Positions 1-12,570 of a stretch of DNA of 64,000 nt are shown here, in pieces. The notes beneath the pieces were generated by a model that worked only from the letters and a program-made list of their open reading frames with translations, ran no database searches and was not told the DNA's origin. The position numbers and the translations under genes are program-made. This stretch comes from Antedon mediterranea. Its lineage: Eukaryota > Animalia > Echinodermata. The DNA is taken from NCBI RefSeq assembly GCF_964355755.1, contig NC_092675.1:18944912-19008911 (forward strand), in the 5' to 3' direction. The stretch's first letter is position 1; the number at the start of each line of letters is the position of its first letter.

Positions 1-3000
1 CTAATAAGAAGGAAAGGATTATGTAGAGGTTGCTTGAAAAAAGGGCACGTATGGAGAGAATGTAAGTGCCGAAGGATTTGTGATATATGTAAAGGCGAGC
101 ATCCTACTATCATGCATAGATATTCAAACAGTACTGCTGAACCACCTGTAGTATCTTCGAACAGTGCAGCTGAACCACCTGTAGTATCTTCAAACAGCGC
201 AGATAAACCACCTGTAGTATCTTCAAACAATTTGTGCAGCAATACATGTGACAATGAACAGTGTTGCTCTTCAATAGTGCCTGTGTGGATTGAATATGAG
301 AAACAGGAAAGCATAACATACGCCCTCCTTGATGAGCAGTCAGACTCCTGTTTTATCTCAGCAAAACTTGCACAAGAATTAAAAACCAAGGGTGTCCGCA
401 TACAACTGGAAATATCAACAGTACTTACAAAGGGATGTGTTACTTCGGAGAAGATAAATGGTTTGAAGGTGAGAGGACTTAAAGAAGGGAAAACTATAAG
501 TTTACCAGCAGCCTATACTCGGGATTCCATACCTGTATCAAGACACCAGATTCCTACTCCAAACTCAGTGAATGGTTGGCAACATCTACAGAAAATAAAA
601 AGTGACTTAAGTCCACTTCTTAATATTGAAGTTGGTCTAATAATAGGCCACAATTGTTCTAGTGCACTGATGCCAAGGGAAGTGGTACGAGGTAATCATG
701 ACGAAGATCCGTATGCAATTAAGACCTTATTAGGATGGGGTGTGGTAGGTGTCGTTAAGGCACGGAAGGGAGAACCCACCAACAATGTAAAGCAATTCTC
801 CTTCAAAACAACTACTAAAGAAGTAATAAAGGTGCTGGAAAGAGATTTCTTGGATGATCGTATAAATGGAAAAATGATATCAGTCGAGGACACGAAATTC
901 TTGAACGCTATGCAAAAAGGATGCAGAACAGAAAATGGATATATCCAACTGCCAGTACCATTTAAATTGGAAATTCCGAAGTTGCCTAACAACAAAGTAG
1001 CTGTTGGTAAGAGGTTAATTCAGCTGAGACACAAAATGATAAAACAGCCATCATTCGCTGCAAAATATAAAGAGTTTATGACTAGTATCATAGACAAAAG
1101 TCAGGCAGAAAAGGTACCTACAGAAGAACTTGAGTATGAAAAAGAGTATGGGACTGATGCTGCTGAATTCGTCCGCAGAGGATTCTACGTGGATGATGCC
1201 TTAAAGGCTGTTCCAACGATCGATGCTGCTATCAGTTTGATAAAGAGAACTGTGGATATGCTTAGCAGAGGCGGCTTTAGGTTGCACAAATTTCTCTCTA
1301 ATTCTCCAGAGGTATTGAAGTCCTTACCCGCCACGTCAATTGCTTCCAAAGTAAACCAGTTGGACTTGAGTGATCTTCCTACAGAGCGGACGTTGGGTAT
1401 ATTGTGGAATGCAGCGGAAGATACCTTTACATTTGAAGCCAATTTGAGAAATAAGCCATCAACTAGAAGAAGTATTCTGTCTACGGTGAGTGCTATATTT
1501 GACCCTCTTGGGTTTGTTGGTCCTTACGTTCTGTTGGGTAAACGCATATTGCCGGAGATTTGTGCTGGTGGTGCTGAATGGGATCATCCAGTTGGTGAAG
1601 AAACCCTTAGATCATGGGAAGAATGGAAAAAGCAATTGGTGTACTTGAAAGACGTCAGTATTGAAAGATGTTATAAGCCAATAAGCAATAGAAATTCAGA
1701 AATTGTATCCACCGAGCTACACCATTTTAGTGATGCGAGCGAGAAAGGATACGGTCAGTGTTCATACTTACGACTTGTTGATAAAGAAGGTAAAGTGAAG
1801 ACATCACTCTTAATTAGCAAATGCCGTGTAGCTCCTAAGAGAATGATAACTATACCAAGGTTGGAACTGGCAGCTGCAGTGGTATCGGTTAAGGTTGCAT
1901 CCATGCTGAAAGAAGAGATAGAGTATCCGAACGTCACTGAGTATTTCTGGACTGACAGCCAAGTAGTCATTGGATATATTAATAATGAAGCGAAAAGGTT
2001 TAACACCTTTGTAGCTAATAGGGTGCAACAAATTCACGATGCGAGCACTAGTGGTCAGTGGCACTACGTAAGCAGTGAGGATAATCCCGCTGATATTGCA
2101 TCACGTGGAATGGATGCTGAGAAATTGAGAGATTGCGAGAGGTGGTGGCATGGACCAGCTTTCTTAAACCGTGAAAAATATACAATCAACCAGTTACATA
2201 TTGAAATAAAAGATGACGATGTGGAAGTAAGGCAAGCTAAGGTGTTTGCAACACAAGTGAAAACTGAACTGATCCCAGACATGTTAAGAAGAACTTCCAG
2301 TTGGCACAAGGTACGACAAATACTTGCAAGGTGTTTAATCTTTATTTATAAATTAAGAGGATGGAAGCGATCCGGAGAAGTTACGGTAGAAGACCTAACT
2401 AGAAGTGAAAAATTGATAATTAAAGCTGTGCAATACAATGAATGGAAGGATTTGAATGCGCTGGTGAAGTTAGACCCAGTTGTAGACAACGATGGATTGC
2501 TGCGTGTAGGAGGTCGTTTAAAGAAAACTAATCTACCAGAAGAAATTAAACATCCAGTAATCATCCCTGCAAAAAGTGATTTAACCCGATTAATAGTCGG
2601 TCATTACCATAATCAAGTGTACCACCAAGGTAGAGGGATTACTCTTAATGCGGTGCGAGCTGCTGGGTTCTGGATGATAGGTGGCGTGGCATCTGTCTCA
2701 AGATATATTCACGACTGCACGGTATGTCGTCGACTTAGACGACCTACAGAACTCCAGCGTATGGCAGATCTACCAGTCGAAAGAGCCGAGGCAGGTCCTG
2801 CCTTTAGTTACTGTGGCGTAGACTTCTTTGGGCCGATCATTGTAAAAAATGGTAGAAAGGAACTTAAGCGCTATGGTGTGCTATTTACATGTTTGGTGTC
2901 TCGAAGTGTGCACCTGGAGATAGCCAGCTCGTTATCGACAGATTCCTTTATGAATGCCTTTCGCCGATTTTTATGTAGGAGAGGACCCGTCAGACAAATG

Positions 3001-3708
3001 AGGTCCGACCAAGGAACCAATTTTATTGGTGCCACAAGAGAGCTGAAGGAAGCAGTAAAGGAGATGGATCAAGAGGCAATTCGCATAAATATGCTAAGGT
3101 TAAATTGTGATTGGAAATTTAACACACCCACTGCAAGCCATCACGGAGGAGCTTGGGAGCGTATGATCAGAACAACCAGAAACATTTTTGATAGCTTAAT
3201 GCTTCAGCATAAGGCGTTATTGAATGATGACATGCTGAGCACATTTATGACAGAAGCAGAAGCAATAATTAACAGCAGACCTTTATGTGCTACTAACGAT
3301 GCATCTTTAGAACCGCTGACACCATTTCACTTGTTAACGATGAAAAGCAGTGCGGTGTATGCTCCGCCAGGAAACTTCAAAAGGGACGGGAAGTTTAGCC
3401 GGAAGCTCTGGAGAAGAGTCCAGCACCTGGCGGATACGTTTTGGAGTAGATGGCAAAAAGAATATATTATCAATTTACAGCAAAGACAGAAGTGGACTAA
3501 GAAGAAAAGAAACATAAGCATTGGAGATATTGTACTTTTGTATGAAGAAGGTGTCCTGAGAAATCATTGGGAGCTTGCTCGAGTTACCAACACCAAGCCG
3601 AGTGATGATGGTTTAGTGAGAAGCGTCACTGTCTTCGTTGGACGAAGAAGAACAACATTGGATAGGCCAGTAACCAAGATTGTGTTGTTGGTTCCTAAAG
3701 ATCAGTAA
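1..3708 (+). CDS. BEL/Pao LTR retrotransposon gag-pol polyprotein (5' part outside the window; in-frame deletion in RT)
   Basis: Frame is open from base 1 (LIRRKGLCRGCLKKGH...CDICKGEH zinc knuckles). Motifs: protease ALLDEQSD, RT FYVDD, Pao RNase H LHHFSDAS and TIPRLEL, integrase H-H-C-C, GVDFFGP, SDQGTNF, GGAWERM, C-terminal RPVTKIV. Confidence 0.95.
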   Translation, partial: LIRRKGLCRGCLKKGHVWRECKCRRICDICKGEHPTIMHRYSNSTAEPPVVSSNSAAEPPVVSSNSADKPPVVSSNNLCSNTCDNEQCCSSIVPVWIEYEKQESITYALLDEQSDSCFISAKLAQELKTKGVRIQLEISTVLTKGCVTSEKINGLKVRGLKEGKTISLPAAYTRDSIPVSRHQIPTPNSVNGWQHLQKIKSDLSPLLNIEVGLIIGHNCSSALMPREVVRGNHDEDPYAIKTLLGWGVVGVVKARKGEPTNNVKQFSFKTTTKEVIKVLERDFLDDRINGKMISVEDTKFLNAMQKGCRTENGYIQLPVPFKLEIPKLPNNKVAVGKRLIQLRHKMIKQPSFAAKYKEFMTSIIDKSQAEKVPTEELEYEKEYGTDAAEFVRRGFYVDDALKAVPTIDAAISLIKRTVDMLSRGGFRLHKFLSNSPEVLKSLPATSIASKVNQLDLSDLPTERTLGILWNAAEDTFTFEANLRNKPSTRRSILSTVSAIFDPLGFVGPYVLLGKRILPEICAGGAEWDHPVGEETLRSWEEWKKQLVYLKDVSIERCYKPISNRNSEIVSTELHHFSDASEKGYGQCSYLRLVDKEGKVKTSLLISKCRVAPKRMITIPRLELAAAVVSVKVASMLKEEIEYPNVTEYFWTDSQVVIGYINNEAKRFNTFVANRVQQIHDASTSGQWHYVSSEDNPADIASRGMDAEKLRDCERWWHGPAFLNREKYTINQLHIEIKDDDVEVRQAKVFATQVKTELIPDMLRRTSSWHKVRQILARCLIFIYKLRGWKRSGEVTVEDLTRSEKLIIKAVQYNEWKDLNALVKLDPVVDNDGLLRVGGRLKKTNLPEEIKHPVIIPAKSDLTRLIVGHYHNQVYHQGRGITLNAVRAAGFWMIGGVASVSRYIHDCTVCRRLRRPTELQRMADLPVERAEAGPAFSYCGVDFFGPIIVKNGRKELKRYGVLFTCLVSRSVHLEIASSLSTDSFMNAFRRFLCRRGPVRQMRSDQGTNFIGATRELKEAVKEMDQEAIRINMLRLNCDWKFNTPTASHHGGAWERMIRTTRNIFDSLMLQHKALLNDDMLSTFMTEAEAIINSRPLCATNDASLEPLTPFHLLTMKSSAVYAPPGNFKRDGKFSRKLWRRVQHLADTFWSRWQKEYIINLQQRQKWTKKKRNISIGDIVLLYEEGVLRNHWELARVTNTKPSDDGLVRSVTVFVGRRRTTLDRPVTKIVLLVPKDQ
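133..230 (+). repeat. In-frame tandem repeat of about 3 copies in BEL gag (AEPPVVSSNS-type unit)
   Basis: gaaccacctgtagtatcttc(g/a)aacag is repeated three times. Confidence 0.85.
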
Positions 3709-3833
3709 TCTAACACTGCATTTGTAGAAATTATATAATTTAGTAATTGTTTGAATCTTACTTCGTTTATCATTGATAATTATACCATTGTTTAATTTGT
3801 TTGTTAGAAATTGTAGTCAATTTATGGGAGGCC

Positions 3834-4724
3834 TGTACTGATTTCTAATCAGTAGGTTAATTTGTATAGCGCCATCGTGCGGGTCCTTTTGGACAGATAT
3901 GAGAACGTGATAATTAATTGTTTGTTTAGAGGACATAATAATCAACAAAGTTGTTATGTTGAATTTGAGCTACGATACCGGAACCGGTAATGCTTTGTTA
4001 TAGATGTTTTTAGCTTTAGTTATGATACATTTAATATTCGTGACTCCTTCTTGCTTAGGCAGATTGGCATTATTTAGATGGCGAGGTCGTTTAGACTCGC
4101 CGCCTAGAGCATGGAGGGTTGGAGTGGCATGGCGGCCGGAGCAGGTTGTCATGGGTGTCGCTGTTCTGTGGAGCCCACCTTTATGCCCTCAGTTTGTTTG
4201 TTTACATTGTTTATTTAAATTGTTATTTACTGATTATTATCATTACGTTTACTGATAGCAGAATGATTGTAGAAGTTATGACGTGAACTTTAAGATTACT
4301 TTATAGTTATTTAGTCTATTTAAGATATGCAGATTTGCATCATGTATCACACAGTTAGCTGCACGTCATGGTGTGTTGTGCACATCTGAGCGGTCGTTCC
4401 GCTTGACGAAGCATAGATTACGTCATGTATGGTTGAGATACGTCATTGTTCTCTTCCTAAGATTTAATGTTGTATTTACCTCAGTTTGAGGTTGTATTTG
4501 CTGATTGCTATTACTTGTTTGTTTTCAGTAATTTACGGCTAGAGGCTAGAGGCTAGAGGCTAGAGGCTAGAGGCTAGAGATTAGAGGCTAGAGATTAGAG
4601 GTTAGAGATATATGAAGAAATAAAGGCTGTAATACAGCATAAATGAGCCAGTAAATTCGTCGGTAGCGTTTCATTCTTAAGTACGTGTACTTACAATCAC
4701 ACTTGATAAGTTAAAGTTGTTACA
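3834..4724 (+). mobile_element. 3' LTR of the BEL/Pao element
   Basis: Polypurine tract GGGAGG precedes TGTA at 3834. AATAAA near 4619, (GGCTAGA)n at 4538-4610, TACA end at 4724. An alternative end near 4695 cannot be excluded. Confidence 0.7.
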
Positions 4725-5356
4725 GAATAGATTAAAATGTAGTGTGATTACTATCTCAGTATCAATATATGGTCTGGATATGATGTTTTTTTAAATAATT
4801 CTGAGTGACCGTCACAACAAACAATAACAATAACTTATTATGAGGTGTTTATGATACAAATATGAGACAAACATATTTTTTTGTCATATAAGTTTCTGAC
4901 AGAAAAATATGGTGGTCCCTTTGTACAGAACAATCATGCAATTAATACAAAGTTCTATTTCTACGGTAGTAGCCTACAACACAAAATGAATAATTTTGCT
5001 ATTAATTATTAAATATAATAGGCCTATAAAATCAATTAATCTGCTTGTTGCATCACAATCTTTGGTGAGAGTTTTGTATAACATTTTATACTTAGCTCAA
5101 TATACTGTAATTTTATTAAAACACATGCCGCGTCTCTCTGACCGTTTTCCGTTCCGTATAAATTGTATGTACATCAAAATGTAGTGCAATTTTCTTCTGA
5201 CGAAGTAATACCAAAAAAGACAAAGCCTTCTGCTTCATTTAGTTCTTCTGGACTTTGACCTGTATTTGTACTCAAAATGCATTCATTTGAAAATGCATTG
5301 AACGACGAAAAAGAAACGCACACATCGTCATTGCCGCATTCTAAGGAACATGCACC

Positions 5357-6116
5357 GAACTACTTTATTTGCTTATCTAACTTCAAATACATATAAACAT
5401 ATATTTGTGTTTATCTCGATTTCTGTAAAAATAATCATGATTATGTATTATTTATACTTTTGACCTATTGTATCGTTATACTGTTATCCAATTGTTTTTT
5501 AGTTTTATTTTCTATGTATAAGTTTTTTTGTTTTGTTTTTTTTCAGTGAGACATTTTAGCTTATTTAGTTTATACATTGATAGACCAGTTAGATATACCA
5601 ATAACTAATCATTAAACAAATAAAATCTTGTACTTGCTGTTTGCTATATCTATAATTGCAAGTACATATAAACATATATTTGTGCTTATTTCGATTTATG
5701 TAGTAATTTTATCATGATTATGTATTATTTATACTGTTCACCTATTGTACCTTTATTCTGTTTTTTTTTTGTTTTTTTGTTTTTTTTGTTTTTTAGTTTT
5801 TTTTTTATTTACTATGTATAAGTATTTTTTTTTTCTGTCTGACATTTTGTAAGTAGGCCCTAATGTGTATTTACTACTGACCTATTGCATCGATTTATTG
5901 ATTTGCTCGTTATACAATTGTTTTTAAGTATCTACTCAAGTGTGCAATTACTACTGTACATTTGTTTTTGGTTTTTTTTTTCAATGTAAGTTAATTATGT
6001 AAGTTTTATCATCATTTACCTTTTATATGTTGTTGTTTATATTTGTATGGACGCACCACCAAAAGGTGTGTGCCACTGATTCGAAAGTGAGTACCAATAA
6101 ATACTGAATACTGAAT
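5357..6116 (+). mobile_element. Non-LTR (LINE 3'UTR/SINE-like) insertion splitting the PAN exon of the pseudogene
   Basis: The paralogue reads catgcacc|agagctc. Here the two halves are separated by 760 bp with ACC on both sides. The insert ends in AATAAA-(TACTGAA)n and has an internal duplication. Confidence 0.7.
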
Positions 6117-6507
6117 ACCAGAGCTCACTGCCATTACACGTCTGACTACGTCTTCAGCTGCCGGAGACTTGCCTTTCATCACAAGTTTATATTTTGTATA
6201 AACAGTGGTGGAAAGTGTAAATACCGACTTATTAAAATGGCATACGGCACATGATATCACACTACGGGCATCATTACCACTTATATTACGCTTAATTAAT
6301 AATTAAAAGCTGAAGGTGTTAGCAAAATGACTAGGCCTATAGGTACAATTACTTTGGCTACATGCAGTGTTTGTTGAAGGAATGGTGAACGGATTTCAAT
6401 GTACTGGTAGGTTACATTTCTTAAACTGCTTTGATGTTTCACATAATTTTGTGTTATGTTCCTGTTTTAGCAGTAATGTACATTACGTGTAATGGGGTAA
6501 TCTTACC

Positions 6508-7410
6508 GGCGCTAGTTCCGTTTCGCACCTGTTTTTATTTCGACTTCCTTTTGACTCCAAATTGTTAAGCAACTTATTGTGAATACCACACCTTAAAATT
6601 GGGCCTCATAAGTACTTTTATGAAGAAGAATCACATAAAAAGTAACAAATAAATCATTAAATTGATGATTTTACAGACATGTTTCTCGCATACCGTTCGC
6701 GAATTTAGCATACTCGAAGTTCAATATTTTCGTTTCTATGGAGCGCCAAAAGAGCAACAACAATAGATGGTTAAAAACTCAGTGGAATGCGTCTTCTTTT
6801 AATGCATTTATTATTGAAATACACGTTTAATTTTAATATATTTTGTCAATAAAATGCTGTAACATTTTACTGCTAATAATTTGCTGTTTTCAAATAGCAA
6901 CCAACCCTAGTTAGGCCTAATAAGAGTAAGACTATAGACTAAAAGGAATATTATTTAGATCAGGTATACCCCTACAGCAGTACAGGCAATATGATGATGA
7001 ATTTGTCGATTTTCATTCCTAAAAGTTCCTGCAAAAACCATGTACAGTATCAACAGTAATATTTTTGCTGCATTGCCATTGACAAAATATGATAAAATTG
7101 AACGTAATTTTCACCAATAAATGCATTAAATATACGCAATTTACTGAGTTTTTAGCCCTCTATTATGATTGCTCTTTTTGCGCTCCATAGAAACAACAAC
7201 ATTGAACATGGAGTATGCGAAATTCACAAACCGATGTGCGAGAAACACGTCTGAAAATTGATCAATTTAAAGGATTTATTTTTTACTTTTTTTGTGTGAT
7301 CTCCTTCGTAAAAGTATTTTTGAGGCCTAATTCTAAGGTGTACTCACGATAAAGTTACTTAACAAATTTTGAGTCGAAATAAACGACAGGTGCGAAACGG
7401 AACTAGCGCC
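6508..7410. mobile_element. Foldback MITE with long TIRs (GG termini, ~8-bp TSD; Merlin- or hAT-like)
   Basis: Termini GGCGCTAGTTCCGTTTCGCACCTG...CAGGTGCGAAACGGAACTAGCGCC. Inverted similarity extends several hundred bp inward. Flanks ATCTTACC/ATGTTACC. A related copy lies at ~47490-48140. Confidence 0.85.
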
Positions 7411-8659
7411 ATGTTACCAACCTTCACATATATATAAAAACTGTAGACTACAATCTGTGTATTTAAATCTGTGTGGAGCATTTGTTCTAATGCGACAACA
7501 ATCCCTATCCTCCCTGTTTGTACCAGTATTATCAGCCACATCGTAGGTGGGTGGTTGCTCGTGTGTCAGCCACATAGGATTGCCTTCTTCCTCAATGTCG
7601 TTCAGCCCTGTCCACGTATTTTCTATCGAAATGTCAACGAAGTAGTTTAGTATAGCTCTTCTTCTGTGTTGATTGTAATTAAATGTGTTTGTGAGTTTTC
7701 ACATACTTCCTTCGCTTCACTCCATGTTAAGAGGTCTTCAGAATATTTGTAGCAATGGTGGTTGTATACATAATTACCCCTGAAATATAATTAGATATCT
7801 TTAGCAATGGTAAGTAACCCTGTGTTTATATATGTTAATTAACATTCGTTATGCCTATATTATTTATTCTGATATTAGGCCTAATGTATTAAATTTTGAT
7901 ATATTGTTTATTCATTCATTTTTTTACTTGCGTTATATACCTTTACATCCAAGAAGTTCAAATCTCATTGATATTCGATCATGCCAATTAGTTGGATGAA
8001 TACGAACAACTCGAGCGGATACCCGAGAAGAAAACATATTTGTCACATGGGTTTCTTCATCTGAATTTCCTTCAAACTCCTGCAAAGAAAACAAGCCAAT
8101 GAATGACATTTGAGGACAATATTTTTCCTCTTGATATTAGCCTTGTTGTAATGACATGAATAACTATATTAAAGTACTTACGACATTTTGATCATTTGCG
8201 TCTTTGATTGTTTGGAATTCGGTACCGTTGATGCTGTAAAGAAATTCATATGATTTCACCCACTGAGTATATCCCGGCCCTGTGTAGTAACTCCAGTTAT
8301 TATTGTCACGTGACCAATATCGACTTGGATCCACTGGTTTTGGTCATTATGTGTTGTAGTCTAGGATCCACAAGCGGCGAAACCCTTCAATTTATTTAAT
8401 CTTCCATTCGCAGCCTCAAAACATGATAAATAACTTGACACACTAATTTGATTATCAGATATACTACCATCTTCCATTCCAAGAGGTTTAGTACAGGAAT
8501 CTAAAAAATACATTTGTACTTATAAACTTCATTTCCCATGTCCGTCATATTGGGCCAAAATTCTGTAATAATTACGGACGTTCCGAACTTTGAAATAACA
8601 GTGTTAAAATTGTTTCCTTCTGCAAATTTCGATATTTTCTTTTCTGGAGTGTGGTTTTT

Positions 8660-10420
8660 TTTTCTCTTTTGTGGCGCAAACACCACTTTTATTCACATTC
8701 ATATTATCTCATATTACGTAAAATCGTATTATTTAACTTGTAAATGTCGTTACAGTTCATAAGTAACATTTTTACATATATGAATTCTGTATTACTCCTT
8801 TTTTCATTAATTTTCTTATATTTTGTTATACACTTGACAGGATCATCATTATCATCTATCCCGTTTTAAAATAGTTCACACATTTTCATTTGTTTGTTTT
8901 CATTTTACAACCCGGATTATACAATATATTTATATACATGATAAAAAAAAAAATAATAATAGCTCAGTACCACCAGTAACCCGTATCACTGTAATTATTT
9001 TTCGGTTAATCGTATCAAATTAGAAATTATATTATCATAATCTTATTTCTTAAAGCTACCCATTTTTCTATACTTGTTTCTTTATTGTTATATGTTTCAC
9101 ATTCAATGTTATATAACATATTGCTTTTAAATGAATTCCATAAAGATTTACCCACTGGCTTATTTAGTGCAGATAACATTTTTATTCTATAAATAGTAAA
9201 TGCTGCAAAAGTGTAAATATAATCTATTAGCTTATCTCCCGTTCCTAGTATTAATTGTTTAAATGATATATTATTGTGATTTAAACTTACAAAGATACTA
9301 AGCATTTTCCTCCAATATTTCTGAATAAATCTACAACTAAAAAACAAATGATTTTCATTTTCAATTTCTCCACATTTGTCACACGTTTGTGTTTCCTTAA
9401 CTTTCCACTGATACAGCCGTTTGTTGGTAGGCAGTATTCTATGTAACATCTTATAATTGAATTGTGCTAGTTTCTTATCTTTCATTTTACATACTTTCCG
9501 TAACCAAGAAGTTTTCCAATCAATGTTGTTATCATTGAAGGACTCTTCCCATTTTAGTTGTGACATTGGATAATGAAATATTCTTTCACAAACCATGAGT
9601 ATATTAGTTTGGTAGTATTAATCTCATACTTGGTCCCAACTAATCCATCATTATCATCACAATTGAAAATATCTACCTCCTTAATAATACGTTTCCATTG
9701 AATTGGTATTGCCTTAATAATGCACAAATACTCATTTAACCAGTTTGTTTTACATTGTAGTTTCACCAGTATTTCGTTTGATGTTAAAAAAGTGTTCTTA
9801 TTAACAATGTCTTTAATACTGATAATGCCACTGTCAATCCAATGCTTGTAGAAAAGCGATTTTTTTTTAGTTTAACGTAGTGGTTTCCCCACAGTTGCTC
9901 ATTCATTATATCGTTATAAGTTTCAGGGTTTTTTTTTAGAGATTCTGTTATAATTTATGTAGGCTTTTATCATATTTTTGTAAAACAGTGGAATTTTATC
10001 AGAATTAACATCAATAATGTTATAACATGACATATTAAGTAAAACATTAACATCACATATTTTTTTAATATAATACATTGGAATATTTTTCCATTTAGCA
10101 CCATCATCATTCATAATTCTTTTTAACCAGCCACACATGAGTGCGTTAACATGAAGAGTAAAATCAGGCATTTTAATGCCTCCCATCTCAACATCACCAA
10201 TTAGAGTTTTTCTTTTTATCTTTTCCCTTTTATTGTTTCAAATAAAATTATATATTAGATTTGTAACTTGTGTATATACATATTTTGGAACATCAGTGAT
10301 ATTTGCAGCATATGTTAATTTAGATAGTGCAAGACTTTTCAGGATTATTATTCTACCAAAAATTGAGAGATTTCTAGCATTCCATTGTTTTAAAATCTTT
10401 TCTAGCTCTATTATTATATT
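8660..10420 (-). mobile_element. 5'-truncated L1/Tx1-clade LINE (ORF2 C-terminus with zf-RVT), frameshifted
   Basis: ORF pieces GGIKMPDF...WLKR and FNYKMLHRILPTNKRL...CDKC..E...HLFFSC. AATAAA (minus strand) near 8690. Lies in intron 1 of the pseudogene. Confidence 0.85.
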
Positions 10421-12570
10421 CTGGAGTGTGGTTTAAGCAACACTGTTGTACAGTTTATAGTGGATAAAATACAATCGGTATTTCTGTTTGCTACTGTAGC
10501 CCGATATAGAGTGTCATTTCCGGCGGTGAACTAAAGGTGCCATTTATCGTGAATGTTACGTGCGAAAGTACCATTTCCGGCCATCTAGGGGTGTCATTTA
10601 ACAAAATTCGCTCGCCACAGGCTTCACCATGGGCCCTGGATTCTTGGCCAACCCCATTAGAATGGTTCTGCGGTCGCCCCTGCACCTGGTATAGTGCCTT
10701 AATTGCATGATTGTTTGGATGATCTCGTAATGTGACCGTACCATTTCATCTTTGTCAAATTAAATTTACTTAATCGGGTTTGAAATTTGTATATTATTTA
10801 TTATGAAACAACAACATTGATAATAACCCCACTTATTTTTCGCTGTAATAAAGCATCATGGAATACGTGCCTGTTTCAAAAGTGGTGCAACAGGACCTTT
10901 TTAATAATGTTAAAATATGAATTTTACTGATTTTCAAGGACATTTAAAATAGTATTTTCCGATGTGAAATTTATTGATTATCTACTTCTTACTTACTTAA
11001 ATATGTCTCAAATTTACATTATTAATAGTTATTTTGGTGAACTTCCTATTATAACATTGGTATGGGAAAAAGTTCTGAGCAAAACGTTTTAAAGAAAGTT
11101 TTACGACGCTCGTTCTGCTATTATACCAATGACGAAAATATTTTTATCATCTAGGTTGTTAAAGTTTAAATGCACAAGCATGGAGGTATATTTAACCTAT
11201 AAACAATCGTTAAGTTAAGCATAGATTCTCAACACATACCTGTAGATAAACTTTTCCCAAAAAATATAACACAACACACAAACGTCAGTATCATTATTAT
11301 AATATAAGTAGACAAAAATATAGAATAGTTCAACTGATAATCAATCCAATAGAGTTATTGGAACAACCGTGTGTGTAGTTCTCAAAATCAACTATAGCTT
11401 TAATAACCAGTTCTTGTGAATATTGCCTATAAATAGATCCATTCGACATGACGATCATTATTATCGATTCATAATTAAAAATGATTTCACACTCGATTGC
11501 TCTGTAATTGATTTGTTTAAATGTATCCTTAACAAAAATAATGATATTATATGTTTATAGCGAGCATCGATAAAAGATGAACCCACTTTCAAAACCAACA
11601 TCAATATGTTCTTCGATTTTTAATGGCAAAATGAAAAACAAATATAATATAGTCATACTTATAAAATGTCGATAGAATGTTCTAGATCTTGTCGAGTTCC
11701 AACCAAAACAAAAAGTTGGACCTATAATACATTCGAAGTTTTAATGCAGCTAAATTATGTGATTAAATCGTGATCGTAAAGATTGATGAGAATAAGAAAA
11801 AAACTTAGTTTTAGAAGTATGAAATGTGTTAAAATAACATTAAGATAAAAAAAAACAGAATATGACGAAGAAAAATAGAAGATGTATAAAACTTTTATTT
11901 GAAAGAAATGAATGAATAAAGGTGGTGCCACGAAAGATAATAATAAAACAAACAAAAAAACTTAGTTTTAGGTATCCAATGGTGCCGAGATAATAATATT
12001 TCAAATCAGATTTGAGGTAAGATAATGAATTTTCTTTTTATTACAATAAATATTAATACTTTCCCAAACCTCAATTCCGGATGTAATTACTATTCGGTAA
12101 AGAAATGCATAAGAACATAATAAAGTTTCTATAGACACATTTCCAACATTATTATTTCTTCTTATTGAATATGGTTTTTCCAGATAAGAAAATTATCGAA
12201 ATATACAAGTGTTCATAGCGACAAAATGTATTAATATGAATAAAATAATATATGTATCTCTTCACTATAACTAGCTACACCATCAAACTTTAGGTGACAA
12301 AACATACGGGACACACGGGACATAATAATACCATATTTGGACACATCACACTTTTTTTGTCAAACGAAGATATGTTTTTTCCAGCACAGAAAGTTACTAC
12401 GATACGATACGATAAATAATTTCACTATCAAGATAAATCAATTTGGACGTTGATTGTACATATACATTAAAATAAGTCCATTGATAGCTTTTTTATAATT
12501 TAATTTTTTAAATTTCATTCAGGCACTTTTTATTTATGCGTCTCCTTCTGTTCTGAAAATGTATTATTTC

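Larger units (their letters stand above)
5174..11294 (-). pseudogene. Pseudogenised paralogue of the F5/8C-CLECT-PAN lectin gene (exons 11240-11294, 8181-8500, 7941-8079, ~7422-7779, ~5174-6210)
   Basis: Exon-by-exon homology to 12571-22169. Lesions: TGG>TAG at 8361-8363, a 4-nt deletion near 8275, indels in the CTLD exon, a lost acceptor for the last exon, and a 760-bp insertion inside the PAN exon. Confidence 0.9.

Noticed and set aside
110-3521. Short antisense ORFs within the BEL, Gypsy and DIRS coding regions
   Set aside because: Shadow ORFs of long sense frames with no independent motifs.
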